64,000 bases of DNA from a virus (Duplodnaviria > Caudoviricetes). The DNA is taken from the IMG/VR virus record IMGVR_UViG_3300037065_000037, positions 1,540 through 65,539 of that record; one strand, given 5' to 3'. The position numbers and the translations under genes are program-made. This document shows positions 47,278 to 56,354 of this stretch, piece after piece. Numbering within the stretch: the first letter of the stretch is position 1; each line of letters begins with the position of its first letter. The notes below the pieces were generated by a model, which was not told the DNA's origin, made no database searches, and saw only the letters and a program-made list of their open reading frames with translations.

Positions 47278-48408
47278 GTGGCAAATTCAACAAGAGCCTA
47301 CTATAACGAGATTGATCCTTTCGCAGCCGCCTGGTTACGAAACCTGATCGCAGCAGAACTGATCGCAGATGGAGACGTGGATGAACGAGACATTAGAGAC
47401 GTGTTCCCTATCGACCTTGCTGGGTACACCCAATGCCATTTCTTCGCCGGAATCGGCGGCTGGAGCTACGCTCTCCGTCTCGCAAGTTGGCCCAACGATG
47501 AGCCCTGCTGGACCGGCTCGTGTCCTTGCCAGCCTTTCAGCGCGGCAGGCCAAGGAGCAGGGTTTGATGACGAGCGGCACCTATGGCCTGCCTTCTTCCA
47601 CCTCATCCAGCAGTGCAAGCCTCCAGTCGTCTTTGGAGAGCAAGTTGCCAGCAAGGATGGACTCGCGTGGCTCGACCTTGTTCAAACTGACCTGGAAGCG
47701 GCGGGCTACTCCGCAGGGGCGGTCGATCTTTGCGCTGCGGGCATCGGGGCTCCGCACATCCGTCAGCGTCTATTCTGGTGTGCCGACACCTTGCACGCTC
47801 AACGGCGGTCGGTCAATGAGCATCGAGAAGATGAATGCGACCGGGAAGACACTGGACGGACGGAAGCATACGGCGAGCTTGGAGCATGTTGCCAAGTTTT
47901 CGAGCGTGCCAACACCGATGGCCGAAGCACCAGCACAGAACGGGAACAACGAAGCCGGGAACACAGACCTCAGCCGAAAGATTGTAGCTCTGGCCTCAGT
48001 CCCGACACCAACGTTACACGATTCAGATCGGGGAGGCCAAGCGAAACGCGCGATGGGCGAGGATCGCCACGGCAGCAACCTTCAGGACTTTGCGTTGCTC
48101 AGTTCGACGGCGACTCCCGCCGCCAGGGACTACAAGAGCAACTCATCCTCGGACGAATTTCAATCGCGGCAATGGAACCACCCGAGAGGGAAGCCTTTGT
48201 CCGCGCAGGCTACACTCGCGGATTCTGGGGAGGGTGCGACTGGTGGCATGGTCGTGACGAAAAGTTCCGGCCAATTGAACCCGGAGTACAGCCGCTGGCT
48301 ACAGGGATATCCAAGCGCATGGGGAAACTGCGCGGATACGGTAATGCTATTGTCCCGCCGCTCGCGGCGGAATTCCTGAAATCCTACATGGACTGCTGCC
48401 CATCCTGA
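47278..48408 (+). CDS. C5 cytosine DNA methyltransferase, alpha polypeptide
   Basis: FFAGIGG (motif I), PCQPFS (IV), EQV (VI), PHIRQR (VIII), YGNAI (X); motif IX absent from this frame. Confidence 0.9.
   Translation: MANSTRAYYNEIDPFAAAWLRNLIAAELIADGDVDERDIRDVFPIDLAGYTQCHFFAGIGGWSYALRLASWPNDEPCWTGSCPCQPFSAAGQGAGFDDERHLWPAFFHLIQQCKPPVVFGEQVASKDGLAWLDLVQTDLEAAGYSAGAVDLCAAGIGAPHIRQRLFWCADTLHAQRRSVNEHREDECDREDTGRTEAYGELGACCQVFERANTDGRSTSTEREQRSREHRPQPKDCSSGLSPDTNVTRFRSGRPSETRDGRGSPRQQPSGLCVAQFDGDSRRQGLQEQLILGRISIAAMEPPEREAFVRAGYTRGFWGGCDWWHGRDEKFRPIEPGVQPLATGISKRMGKLRGYGNAIVPPLAAEFLKSYMDCCPS
47567..48379 (+). CDS. Methyltransferase beta polypeptide nested in the alternative frame (TRD-like repeats plus motif IX)
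   Basis: AAGGAG at 47552-47557 before ATG 47567; four (VP/TA)TP modules; C-terminal QLNPEYSRWLQGYP resembles motif IX. Confidence 0.75.
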   Translation: MTSGTYGLPSSTSSSSASLQSSLESKLPARMDSRGSTLFKLTWKRRATPQGRSIFALRASGLRTSVSVYSGVPTPCTLNGGRSMSIEKMNATGKTLDGRKHTASLEHVAKFSSVPTPMAEAPAQNGNNEAGNTDLSRKIVALASVPTPTLHDSDRGGQAKRAMGEDRHGSNLQDFALLSSTATPAARDYKSNSSSDEFQSRQWNHPRGKPLSAQATLADSGEGATGGMVVTKSSGQLNPEYSRWLQGYPSAWGNCADTVMLLSRRSRRNS

Positions 48409-48896
48409 TCGCTTTCATCTTCAGGATCTACTTCCTCGGCCTCAGTCAACTCTTCTGGCTCCGGCTCCGCAACGGCTCCAGCTTCCAACTCGGCCACCTC
48501 AGTGGCGTCCATCCTCAGCCACCGACCCAAGATAGTCGCCGGAGTCTCGGTCGATTCGGTCTCCGTCTCCTTGGTGTACTGCTCCAGGTTGGTGATGATG
48601 GCCGTCGCTTCCTTCAAATCAAGCGCGCCGCCCATGATCAACGTGTCCAGATTCGCCATCAGATCGTGGCGGAAAGCGGCATAGGCTGCCGTCTTGGACT
48701 TCTTCCGGTTTCTGTTGAACGTCTCACCGATCTCGCGGAACAGACGCCGGGCATCGGAGCGCTCAGTCTCGGTGGGGACCAGACGCGGAGGAACAGTGGA
48801 CGCCTGGGCATCCTTCGGAATCAGCTTCGCTATGGCTTTTGGGAGTACGGCGGCAGCACCGGACGCAAGCGGCTTCGCCGACCCGCCTCCGGCCAC
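48384..48896 (-). CDS. Hypothetical helical protein with acidic tail (start uncertain)
   Basis: Only the C-terminal half of ORF 48384..49343 looks protein-like; GTG at 48896 follows GGGAG. Confidence 0.5.
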   Translation of the reverse strand: MAGGGSAKPLASGAAAVLPKAIAKLIPKDAQASTVPPRLVPTETERSDARRLFREIGETFNRNRKKSKTAAYAAFRHDLMANLDTLIMGGALDLKEATAIITNLEQYTKETETESTETPATILGRWLRMDATEVAELEAGAVAEPEPEELTEAEEVDPEDESDQDGQQSM

Positions 48897-49336
48897 ACTC
48901 CCGGCACGCCGTCCGCGAACCCGCCCTCCGCCGCCGCCCGCTGCCGCGGACTGGGCTGGCCCGTCGGCTGCGGCGCTTGTCCCGGCCGGCTGAACGGCAG
49001 CACCCCGTCCCTCAAGGTCGTCTGCGCGCGGAGCAATCGGTCGTGCGCCGTCTGCCCCGACTGCCGCTGATTGAACAGTTGATCCTGCCGCTCGGGCGTT
49101 AAGACGATGCGGCGCGAGCGGAAAGACGCGGACTCCGGGGAAGCCGGGATCTGGTCCGGGCCCGCCGCTGGCGTGATCTCCGGGGACAACTCTGAAGGTG
49201 GCACGGAGACTACGCCCGATGCGGGGGCCTCGGACGGGCTTGGCCGGAGCAGAGTCGCCAAGAAAGCTGCGAAGGTCGTCGCCGAGTCCGGCGTCGGAAA
49301 GGTGAGAACCAACTTGCCGCCCTGTTGCTCGATCAT
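48830..49336 (-). CDS. Hypothetical protein
   Basis: MIEQQGGKLVLTFPT.. start follows AGGA; overlaps the downstream gene. Confidence 0.45.
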   Translation of the reverse strand: MIEQQGGKLVLTFPTPDSATTFAAFLATLLRPSPSEAPASGVVSVPPSELSPEITPAAGPDQIPASPESASFRSRRIVLTPERQDQLFNQRQSGQTAHDRLLRAQTTLRDGVLPFSRPGQAPQPTGQPSPRQRAAAEGGFADGVPGVWPEAGRRSRLRPVLPPYSQKP

Positions 49337-49358
49337 TTTGCATCCTGCTCTCCTAAAT

Positions 49359-51161
49359 TCATTCCAAATGGTTTCTCTTTGACTTCTTCTTCCCGTATGC
49401 TTCCAGCTTGCGAAGATGGTCGTTTCCACTGGTCAGCAGCATCCCGCTCCCCGTCACGCTGGGGTCACGCAACCATTGGGGCATCTTCCCACGCTCCAGC
49501 GAGAACCCAGCCTGCTCGATCTCTTCCTTGGTCAGCATGATGTTGCGAGGAGCGACCGGATGACAGGGCGTAGGGTGATTCTGCTCCTTGGCGATCCAAG
49601 CAAGCAGGATAGCCATCAAAAGGTCATCGTGGCCAACCGAAACTGTCCACCGCCATCCCATCTCCATCTTGGCTTTTTTCATCTGACTGATAAGCGTCTT
49701 ATCCTTGGGAACAACTTCCTTGCGATGCAACGACGTACGAAACAGTGAAAACATCATCCGGCGGAAACGATCGCTGGTCTCGAAGCCGTAAGCCTGGCCG
49801 CGCTTCGATCTGTCCGCACGGTCGTCGCGGCCTTTCCAAAGGTACTGGTTGGGATAGTAGAGCCGATCGCGCAATTCCCGCATGGTCACGTAGCCAATGT
49901 TGTTCAGCTCAACATTGAGCATGGCCGAGTTGAAATAGTAGCCCAACGCGGCAGCAATCCCAGACAGCTCCTCGGGCGAGACACGGGCCATATACGTCGC
50001 AGCCACATTGCCTGTCTCCGCGTTCACGCAGCCCAACGCGGCGTAGTCACCGGGGGCCAAAGTGGATTCCTCACCACGCGCCGAGTCCACGCCGATGAAG
50101 TAGTGGTGTTTAGGCTGAGGCGTTTCGTACAAGCAGAGAGGCCCCTCAATAGACTTCCTGATCTCACCGTGCTTCTGATCAGGGGTCAGGACACAATTGC
50201 CACGCCAAGGGATTGGCGTCTTTGAATTCTCAGCGAATTGCATCTCCTCAATGGTGAAAGCGGGGTTGCCTGTAGCAACAAAGGCTTCCTCGGGAGTTGC
50301 CGGCATCTCAGCTCGCCATTTTTCAATGATTCCTTCGCAGCGCGTCGAGAGGGTCTCTCTGAACCAAGCTATCTGTGACTTAGTTATTTTTACTTTCTTT
50401 CCCGTCTTCCAATGCTTGATGTCATTCATCAAGTAGCGTTCGTACTCATCCCGTGGCGCGTCAAGCGCAAACTCTTCCGGGAGCTGATACGCCGGATCAT
50501 CCCACCACGGCAGAAAAATAGGGAGGAACTCGTTGTCACCCGCAACTGCTGCTTCCCACGCTTGATAATACGCTTCGCCTGGGCCTTCCATCCCGTTGGC
50601 CGTTGTTTCTATAAGCACTATGTTGTTTGGATCTTTACTTACCGTGTTCATGAGTGACGTGAACGCGCCATCGTATGGGTAAAAGGCTGCTTCCGTAAGA
50701 TGGAGACAACTTGAAGTCAGTCCTCTCTGACCGTGAACAGTCGCCGCCGTGTGGTGGGTGAACTGAGAATCCGGTCCGTCACTGTGAGGCCAAATCAACG
50801 TCTTCTTAGTCGGCTTCGGCGCGCCCGGATAAAGATCACGGCAATCCTCTCGAAACTCGCAAGCCATGGCAAAGTTCGCAGCGGCAACTTCCGAATTTTG
50901 CGCGATGCAACGTGCGAGGGAACCCGGATGAGCTATGCAGTGCGCTTGGCCAAGAGCTGTCGCAAGAGTGGAAATTCCCAATCTGCGTGCTTTAAGAAAG
51001 CAGATGAAGAGTCTTCTCCTACGTGCAAGATGCGCCTTGGCTAATTCAAAAATCTCAGCCTGCTGTGGCCGAAGCACGAAAGGCACCTGCGTACCTTCGT
51101 CGCGATCACGAATGTTTAGTCGCTCGAAGAAACGAGTTACGTGATTAAGATCAAGAGGCGT
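49359..51161 (-). CDS. terL: Terminase large subunit, probable ACG start
   Basis: LKARRLGIST Walker A, LHLTEAAF, IETTANG, FLPWW, IGVD and HDDL nuclease motifs; frame open 25 codons upstream of the track start. Confidence 0.9.
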   Translation of the reverse strand, partial: TPLDLNHVTRFFERLNIRDRDEGTQVPFVLRPQQAEIFELAKAHLARRRRLFICFLKARRLGISTLATALGQAHCIAHPGSLARCIAQNSEVAAANFAMACEFREDCRDLYPGAPKPTKKTLIWPHSDGPDSQFTHHTAATVHGQRGLTSSCLHLTEAAFYPYDGAFTSLMNTVSKDPNNIVLIETTANGMEGPGEAYYQAWEAAVAGDNEFLPIFLPWWDDPAYQLPEEFALDAPRDEYERYLMNDIKHWKTGKKVKITKSQIAWFRETLSTRCEGIIEKWRAEMPATPEEAFVATGNPAFTIEEMQFAENSKTPIPWRGNCVLTPDQKHGEIRKSIEGPLCLYETPQPKHHYFIGVDSARGEESTLAPGDYAALGCVNAETGNVAATYMARVSPEELSGIAAALGYYFNSAMLNVELNNIGYVTMRELRDRLYYPNQYLWKGRDDRADRSKRGQAYGFETSDRFRRMMFSLFRTSLHRKEVVPKDKTLISQMKKAKMEMGWRWTVSVGHDDLLMAILLAWIAKEQNHPTPCHPVAPRNIMLTKEEIEQAGFSLERGKMPQWLRDPSVTGSGMLLTSGNDHLRKLEAYGKKKSKRNHLE

Positions 51162-51181
51162 GGGGAAATCTCCTAATTTTA

Positions 51182-51613
51182 TTACCTATGTTCTTGCAGC
51201 GCCAACGAAAATTTCTGCCTACGGACTATCCTTGGAAACTGCTCGCAAGCGTAGCTAAACGCTGCCTTAGGCTCAGGATAGCCGAACCCACGAACGTAGA
51301 AACCTGAGTTACAAGCACCCCGTCTATCAACTGACCGATCCCACCAATAGAAAGCATACCAAAAAGCATCTGCCCCGCCACAAGTCCAAAATACGCGTCC
51401 ATCAGGAATGTCAGGAACCTTGCCGTTCGCAAGCAAAAGTCCATCCATGGCCGTCTCATCCCAAGGAAGGTCAACAGGCCTGTGGTGATCCTGCCAGATT
51501 GTTCTCCCGTCAATGCCGTGCAAGTAGTGTCCTGGTTGATCCCAACAGCCAAAGTAAAGCGCTAGCTTACCAAGCAACTTGCCATTCTCGACTGCTTGTT
51601 CCAGAGTTTTCAC
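51182..51613 (-). CDS. Hypothetical aromatic-rich protein
   Basis: YFGCW..GHYL..WWDRSVD.R..NS.F; coupled start. Confidence 0.65.
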   Translation of the reverse strand: MKTLEQAVENGKLLGKLALYFGCWDQPGHYLHGIDGRTIWQDHHRPVDLPWDETAMDGLLLANGKVPDIPDGRVFWTCGGADAFWYAFYWWDRSVDRRGACNSGFYVRGFGYPEPKAAFSYACEQFPRIVRRQKFSLALQEHR

Positions 51614-51927
51614 TGCACCCTTTTCAGTGCTGGCGCATTCAAATCAGTGATGATCCGGCTGACCGAGTCCGTCACCTTCGCCCGCTCCGCCGCAGCCTGA
51701 TCGATCACACTTAACGCCTCAATCAGATCTTGCCTCGTGGCTTTCTCCAGCCCGCCCCGAACAAGCAGAACCGGATTAGCGTAAGGCGTGAAGCCCACAC
51801 CCTGGTTGGTCATCTGGAGAAAGGTATCCATGTCCCGCTCATCGCGAACGATCAGCAAGTCATTGGGCTGGAGGGACAGCTTGGCAACGCGGGACTGCAT
51901 CTTGGCAAATCGATCAGATTCAGACAT
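51610..51927 (-). CDS. Hypothetical protein
   Basis: Coupled ORF with GGAG SD. Confidence 0.6.
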   Translation of the reverse strand: MSESDRFAKMQSRVAKLSLQPNDLLIVRDERDMDTFLQMTNQGVGFTPYANPVLLVRGGLEKATRQDLIEALSVIDQAAAERAKVTDSVSRIITDLNAPALKRVQ

Positions 51928-52240
51928 TACGCTTACTCCGTTTCCGAGTTATAATTTCCAGCCCAGTTGAAGGCTTCGGCCTGAGCACGCTTCCTATGCG
52001 CGCCTCACAAGGAATGACCACATAGGCTTGTCCATCAACATAAAAGTGAAGCGCCTTGTCAGGATCTACGGTGGGCAAACGGTGATTCATATGCTTCCAC
52101 TTGGCGTGTGAAATCAGCACGGCCACAGTATCTTTCCCATAAGTCATAAACACTGGACCGCCGTCAAGAACAATACCGGCAACTTCTCCCGGGCTAACCT
52201 TTCCCCATCTCTCATAAGGAAGACGCGGCGTTTTGCTCAC
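51920..52240 (-). CDS. Hypothetical protein
   Basis: Coupled ORF. Confidence 0.5.
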   Translation of the reverse strand: MSKTPRLPYERWGKVSPGEVAGIVLDGGPVFMTYGKDTVAVLISHAKWKHMNHRLPTVDPDKALHFYVDGQAYVVIPCEARIGSVLRPKPSTGLEIITRKRSKRNV

Positions 52241-52881
52241 AGAATATCCCCCTGCTCCTGCCCGTCAAACCGCAATTTGTTACGCTCCTCAGGGGGAAGC
52301 ATCTTGTCGCGGTTGCGCTTGCGAATGCACTGCGGGCCACAGTAGCGATAAGGCATAGGCACCCCAGTCTCAGAATCGACCTCGCTTCCCATCATCAAGA
52401 ACTGACTCTTGTGGGCCTCTTCCAGAGTCTTTCCGCAACCGGAACACCTCTCCTGGCTCCCATCGTCTATTCTGCCCTGCAAAGTCTCGGCCGCCAGATC
52501 GCACTGATGGCGCATCTTGGCCAGTTCCTCCAGCCCGCTCTGGACCGAAATCGAGCGAAAATACTTCCTGACTTCCAGCTCCGTGGCCGAGAGAGACAGC
52601 CACGCGGCAGTCGTCGCGGCGCGCGTGGCGGAGTATGGGTCACGAGGGTTGACCTTCGCAGAGGCAGGGCTACCATGGCCTTGATTAGCATCGGAAGCCG
52701 GGTCGTTGTGGTTCATGGCTTCAAGATCGGCGACCAAAGCCTCTGCCACGTCCGCCTCGACGCGCTGAGCCTCAAGGGGAGAGGCGTACTGACGGGTGGG
52801 GACGGGCTTGACTGCGTGCGCTGGACTGGCGCCTATTCCCTGCGTGGGCTGGCCGGTGTGAACTGCTGCAAGACGAGACAT
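52237..52881 (-). CDS. Hypothetical protein with C-terminal CxxC..CxxxC zinc finger
   Basis: AAAGGA SD; CSGC..YCGPQC. Confidence 0.65.
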   Translation of the reverse strand: MSRLAAVHTGQPTQGIGASPAHAVKPVPTRQYASPLEAQRVEADVAEALVADLEAMNHNDPASDANQGHGSPASAKVNPRDPYSATRAATTAAWLSLSATELEVRKYFRSISVQSGLEELAKMRHQCDLAAETLQGRIDDGSQERCSGCGKTLEEAHKSQFLMMGSEVDSETGVPMPYRYCGPQCIRKRNRDKMLPPEERNKLRFDGQEQGDIL

Positions 52882-52950
52882 TGAGTTTCCTTTCGGTGAT
52901 TGATGACTGACTAGACTACTAACAAACTGACACGACTCTACTAACTCCGT

Positions 52951-53409
52951 TTACTCGATAACTTTCACTTGATTTTTGAGTAGCTCAACCGTGTTTTCAA
53001 ACGCCTTCTGAAGAACTTCAGGCTTGATGTTGAGCGGATAAACAGAGCCTGAACGCGCCATACCAGCCATAACGCAATCGGCGATCATCTCCAATACGTC
53101 GATCAAGTTTACATCAGTAGGAACGCCATCCTCCTCAATGAGGTGATGACGATTGATCTTACGATGCTTATCCCACCAAGAGTGCTCCTTAAAGCCTGTG
53201 AGAAAATCAGCGTGGAACCCATCAATGTCACTGATCTTATCGAAATCATGAGTAGAAGCCGCAGAACCGAGCATCTGGGCAAACAGCATCATCGCGCTTT
53301 CGACGTCAGAGATGTGATGCTCACTGCTTGTGGTTAACGTCTCTTTACTCACCTTCGAGAAGTCGCAAGTTCGAGTATCCGCTGTCGGACTCTTCTTGAT
53401 TTGGATCAT
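52951..53409 (-). CDS. HD-like (DUF5662-type) protein
   Basis: HDFDK..H...NRHH..NLIDVLEMIADCV; AGGAGG SD. Confidence 0.65.
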   Translation of the reverse strand: MIQIKKSPTADTRTCDFSKVSKETLTTSSEHHISDVESAMMLFAQMLGSAASTHDFDKISDIDGFHADFLTGFKEHSWWDKHRKINRHHLIEEDGVPTDVNLIDVLEMIADCVMAGMARSGSVYPLNIKPEVLQKAFENTVELLKNQVKVIE

Positions 53410-53485
53410 GCTAATACGCCTCCTGCTCACGCTGAGCAGATTCCTCTGGCAACAGCGGCGAGCTATCTACCAAACAAGTCTCACA

Positions 53486-53746
53486 CTACTTGGCTACGCG
53501 CTCTTCCTTCACCGCGGATACCAGCCCTTTGATGGGAATGATCGCCTGCACCAACGGCTCTTTGATAATGACGCTGCTATTGCCCTCACCCTCAAATACC
53601 GCCTTATTTAAAACGACAATCAATCCCTTCTCCAGCATGTCCTGATCTATATACGAGGACGGCATGTCCAAAACCTGTGCGACGTACTCGCCCTTACTAT
53701 CGAGCATATCGTATGTGAACTTCCAACGATTGCCTATGTCGATCAT
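53486..53746 (-). CDS. Hypothetical protein
   Basis: AGGAGGT SD. Confidence 0.55.
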   Translation of the reverse strand: MIDIGNRWKFTYDMLDSKGEYVAQVLDMPSSYIDQDMLEKGLIVVLNKAVFEGEGNSSVIIKEPLVQAIIPIKGLVSAVKEERVAK

Positions 53747-53786
53747 GCTCAAACCTCCTTTTCTGGTTAAGGCAGAATTGCCATCA

Positions 53787-54344
53787 CTAATACGCTTCCG
53801 TTTCCCTTTGTTGGCTTTCTTCTGGACTAAGCGGCGCGCGCGGGTCGCCATACAAATGCAGCATCAACTCGCTCCCGTGCGCCACCCGAGTCCAGTACGC
53901 TTCCTCGGTCCTGAACTCTTCCCGGCTAGCGATGTGATCGTCCATCTGTGGGCAAAGTTTGCCGCCAACTGCCATTTGGATGTGAAGATCACCGTCAGCT
54001 AGATGCTCGTACCGCACCAGCTCGTACTTGCCGTCGCGAGAGCGGCGCGCGGCCGCGTCCCAACCGATCGTGTCCGGTTGCCGGGGGGCAAAGTGCGGCT
54101 GACGGATCGGCGGCGGCGCATTCAGCAGGCCACCCGAGGCCGCCAACGCACGATGAACCTCGCGCTTGTAAAACTGATCGGTCATTACCCGCACGGAAAG
54201 TTTGTGGTTCACATCCCGGCAAGCCTGACAACCAAACACATGCGCGTGATCCTTGGTCTGAAGATAAATCATCCGGCGAGGGAACCCCGCCGGATGCTGC
54301 GGATTATCGCAGAGGGGAAGGGCGGATTCAGAGATAGTAGACAT
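53787..54344 (-). CDS. Hypothetical zinc-ribbon protein
   Basis: MSTISESALPLCDNPQH..CQAC; the track ORF extension through the repeat is probably spurious. Confidence 0.6.
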   Translation of the reverse strand: MSTISESALPLCDNPQHPAGFPRRMIYLQTKDHAHVFGCQACRDVNHKLSVRVMTDQFYKREVHRALAASGGLLNAPPPIRQPHFAPRQPDTIGWDAAARRSRDGKYELVRYEHLADGDLHIQMAVGGKLCPQMDDHIASREEFRTEEAYWTRVAHGSELMLHLYGDPRAPLSPEESQQRETEAY

Positions 54345-54379
54345 TCGGGGGGTGATGCCTCCACTAATTCGTTCGCAAT

Positions 54380-54871
54380 TTATCCTAACACGCCAGCATT
54401 GTGACCCAGACCAAATGCCGCTGACACGGACTGAACCAACGATCCCAAACCAGATTCCGCCGGATGAGCCTGGGCCAACGATCCCAAACCAGATTCCGCC
54501 GGATGAGCCTGGGCCAACGATCCCAAACCAGATTCCGCCGGATGAGCCTGGGCCAACGATCCCAAACCAGATTCCGCCGGATGAGCCTGGGCCAACAAAG
54601 ACAAATACCCAAGCATAGCTCCGGAATTTACCAACATACAGCTTCCCGGAACCAGCGCCATCACCTGAGCCTGAGCTTCCTCTGGCATCTGATCCAGCTC
54701 CATCCGAGCAATCCCGGTCAGCTTCCATTCAAGACCGACGACGTTACAGTCAGGAAAGAAGTTCCGCGCGTAGCAAACTACGGTGCGATCCCACGCTGGA
54801 TGACGAAACACGCATAGAAGAGAGCGTGGCGCAGGGCGGTAAACGTAATTTGTCCAGTCAATTCCGATCAT
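54380..54871 (-). CDS. Hypothetical protein with 13-aa repeats
   Basis: MIGIDWTNY..; LAQAHPAESGLGS x4. Confidence 0.55.
   Translation of the reverse strand: MIGIDWTNYVYRPAPRSLLCVFRHPAWDRTVVCYARNFFPDCNVVGLEWKLTGIARMELDQMPEEAQAQVMALVPGSCMLVNSGAMLGYLSLLAQAHPAESGLGSLAQAHPAESGLGSLAQAHPAESGLGSLAQAHPAESGLGSLVQSVSAAFGLGHNAGVLG
54436..54596. repeat. 39-bp perfect tandem repeat, about 4.1 copies
   Basis: CCAACGATCCCAAACCAGATTCCGCCGGATGAGCCTGGG x4 plus CCAAC. Confidence 0.95.
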
Positions 54872-55200
54872 CGTAAACCCTCTCCACAAGCCTAAGTGTG
54901 CCCGCATTTAGAATCAGGAGTCTGGATCAGGCTAGGCTCCGCGGCTGTCACAGTCAGCGGCATTCCATGCTCGCTGCAAACCGATTGTAGTCTCGCAGCA
55001 ACGCTTTTGAGAAGCACGCTCTCCGCTCCCTCAATAGAAATCAGCTTAGCCTGAGCACAATCAGCAACGCTAGTCCGATGCCCTATAAACGCAGCCTTTA
55101 TTTCCTCAGGAGTCTCGAGCCACGAAGGCATGGTCCAATCGCACAAGCTACACTTCTGAGTACGAACTCGCAATTCTCCCAGTTTCATCTCTTATCTCCC

Positions 55201-55383
55201 TTACCGAAACTTCGGACTGCGGGCGAACGCCTGAACCTGCCCGGCGACGTTAAACACAGACAAAAAATCTTTAGCGTAACCCACGAATTGCCAAAGATAA
55301 TCTCCGTCCTGACGACGAAACTGGCACAAGAGGGAACGCGGCGCGGGGTGGTAAGCGTAATTTGTCCAGTCAAGTCCGATCAT
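55201..55383 (-). CDS. Chimeric small ORF (N-terminus like 54871 gene, C-terminus like 55547 gene)
   Basis: MIGLDWTNYAYHPAPRSLLC..QVQAFARSPKFR. Confidence 0.5.
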   Translation of the reverse strand: MIGLDWTNYAYHPAPRSLLCQFRRQDGDYLWQFVGYAKDFLSVFNVAGQVQAFARSPKFR

Positions 55384-55546
55384 CGTAAAGGCCTGACTTC
55401 AAGTGAGGAACAGCGCTTGCACTTAAAATAATATTCAGGCGGCTTCCCAAATGCCTTCATCTTCACATCGAAATACGGACGCCAGTCCGTCCGTACAAAA
55501 TCGTGCCCAAACAGAAAACACAAAAACTTTTTCATTTGATGCTCCT

Positions 55547-56353
55547 TTACCGAAACTTCGGGCTACGGGCAAACGTTTGAACCTGCCCGTCACCGTGACA
55601 AACCGGGCAAGCTCCCTGGAACCCGCTCTCACCAACAATCTGACCCGCGCCGCCGCAGCGACCACAGGCTCTGCCGGTAACGGCAAGCTGCCGCGGCGCG
55701 CGCTTGCGCGGCTTGGCCGCAGCAGGCTCAGCCTGTTCGGACTCATCGGCCCCGGCCTGCACAGCCTGCTGGCGCTGAAAGCGCTGATCCTCTGCCACCT
55801 TCTCCGCATCCCTCTCGGCCTGAGCGGATTCCTCGACCAACCGGGCCATCTCAGCTTCAGCCAGCTCCGGCGCCGGCGGCGCGGCGGCATCCTGAAAAAT
55901 CTGGTGGCGGGGCTTACGCCTGGATGGAATCTCAACAGGATCATTCGGGCCAGGAGTGGGTGTGGAAGACTCACCTGTCGCAGCCTCACCAGTCCTGCCA
56001 GCTTCAAGATCGGCTGCAAATTGCTCCTGAACATCAGACTCGGAGTTGCTGAGGGAGGCCACGGACGAGGCTTGTGAGGCAGCCCGCTGGGCAACAGAGT
56101 TAACCGTCACCGGCCCCTGCTGCGCCATTGCCGCTTGCCCGTGGCCTCCCTCAACAACCGCCTCGCTCCCGCTACGCTTCATCACCTTCATCTCGCCGTC
56201 AGTGATGATCGTCACTTTACGCGCGGAAGCAGCGAGAGGGAGCACGGCCTGAGCCATGGCCTTACCGACCGACCCAGTCGAGTTGATGATGAAGTCCCCG
56301 TCATCAAGAACAACTGAAAGGGCTGGCTTTACAGATTCTATTTCGCTACTCAT
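55547..56353 (-). CDS. Hypothetical protein with C-terminal DnaJ-like CxxCxGxG zinc finger
   Basis: CGRCGGAG..CPVCHGDG. Confidence 0.65.
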   Translation of the reverse strand: MSSEIESVKPALSVVLDDGDFIINSTGSVGKAMAQAVLPLAASARKVTIITDGEMKVMKRSGSEAVVEGGHGQAAMAQQGPVTVNSVAQRAASQASSVASLSNSESDVQEQFAADLEAGRTGEAATGESSTPTPGPNDPVEIPSRRKPRHQIFQDAAAPPAPELAEAEMARLVEESAQAERDAEKVAEDQRFQRQQAVQAGADESEQAEPAAAKPRKRAPRQLAVTGRACGRCGGAGQIVGESGFQGACPVCHGDGQVQTFARSPKFR

Positions 56354-56354
56354 A

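Noticed and set aside
49350-49365. TGA recoding at the terminase end (NHLE-TGA-ATT-TAG)
   Set aside because: Many other genes end with TGA in ATGA/GTGA couplings, so TGA is a normal stop here.
54436-54596. CRISPR array
   Set aside because: Units are contiguous and identical, with no unique spacers.
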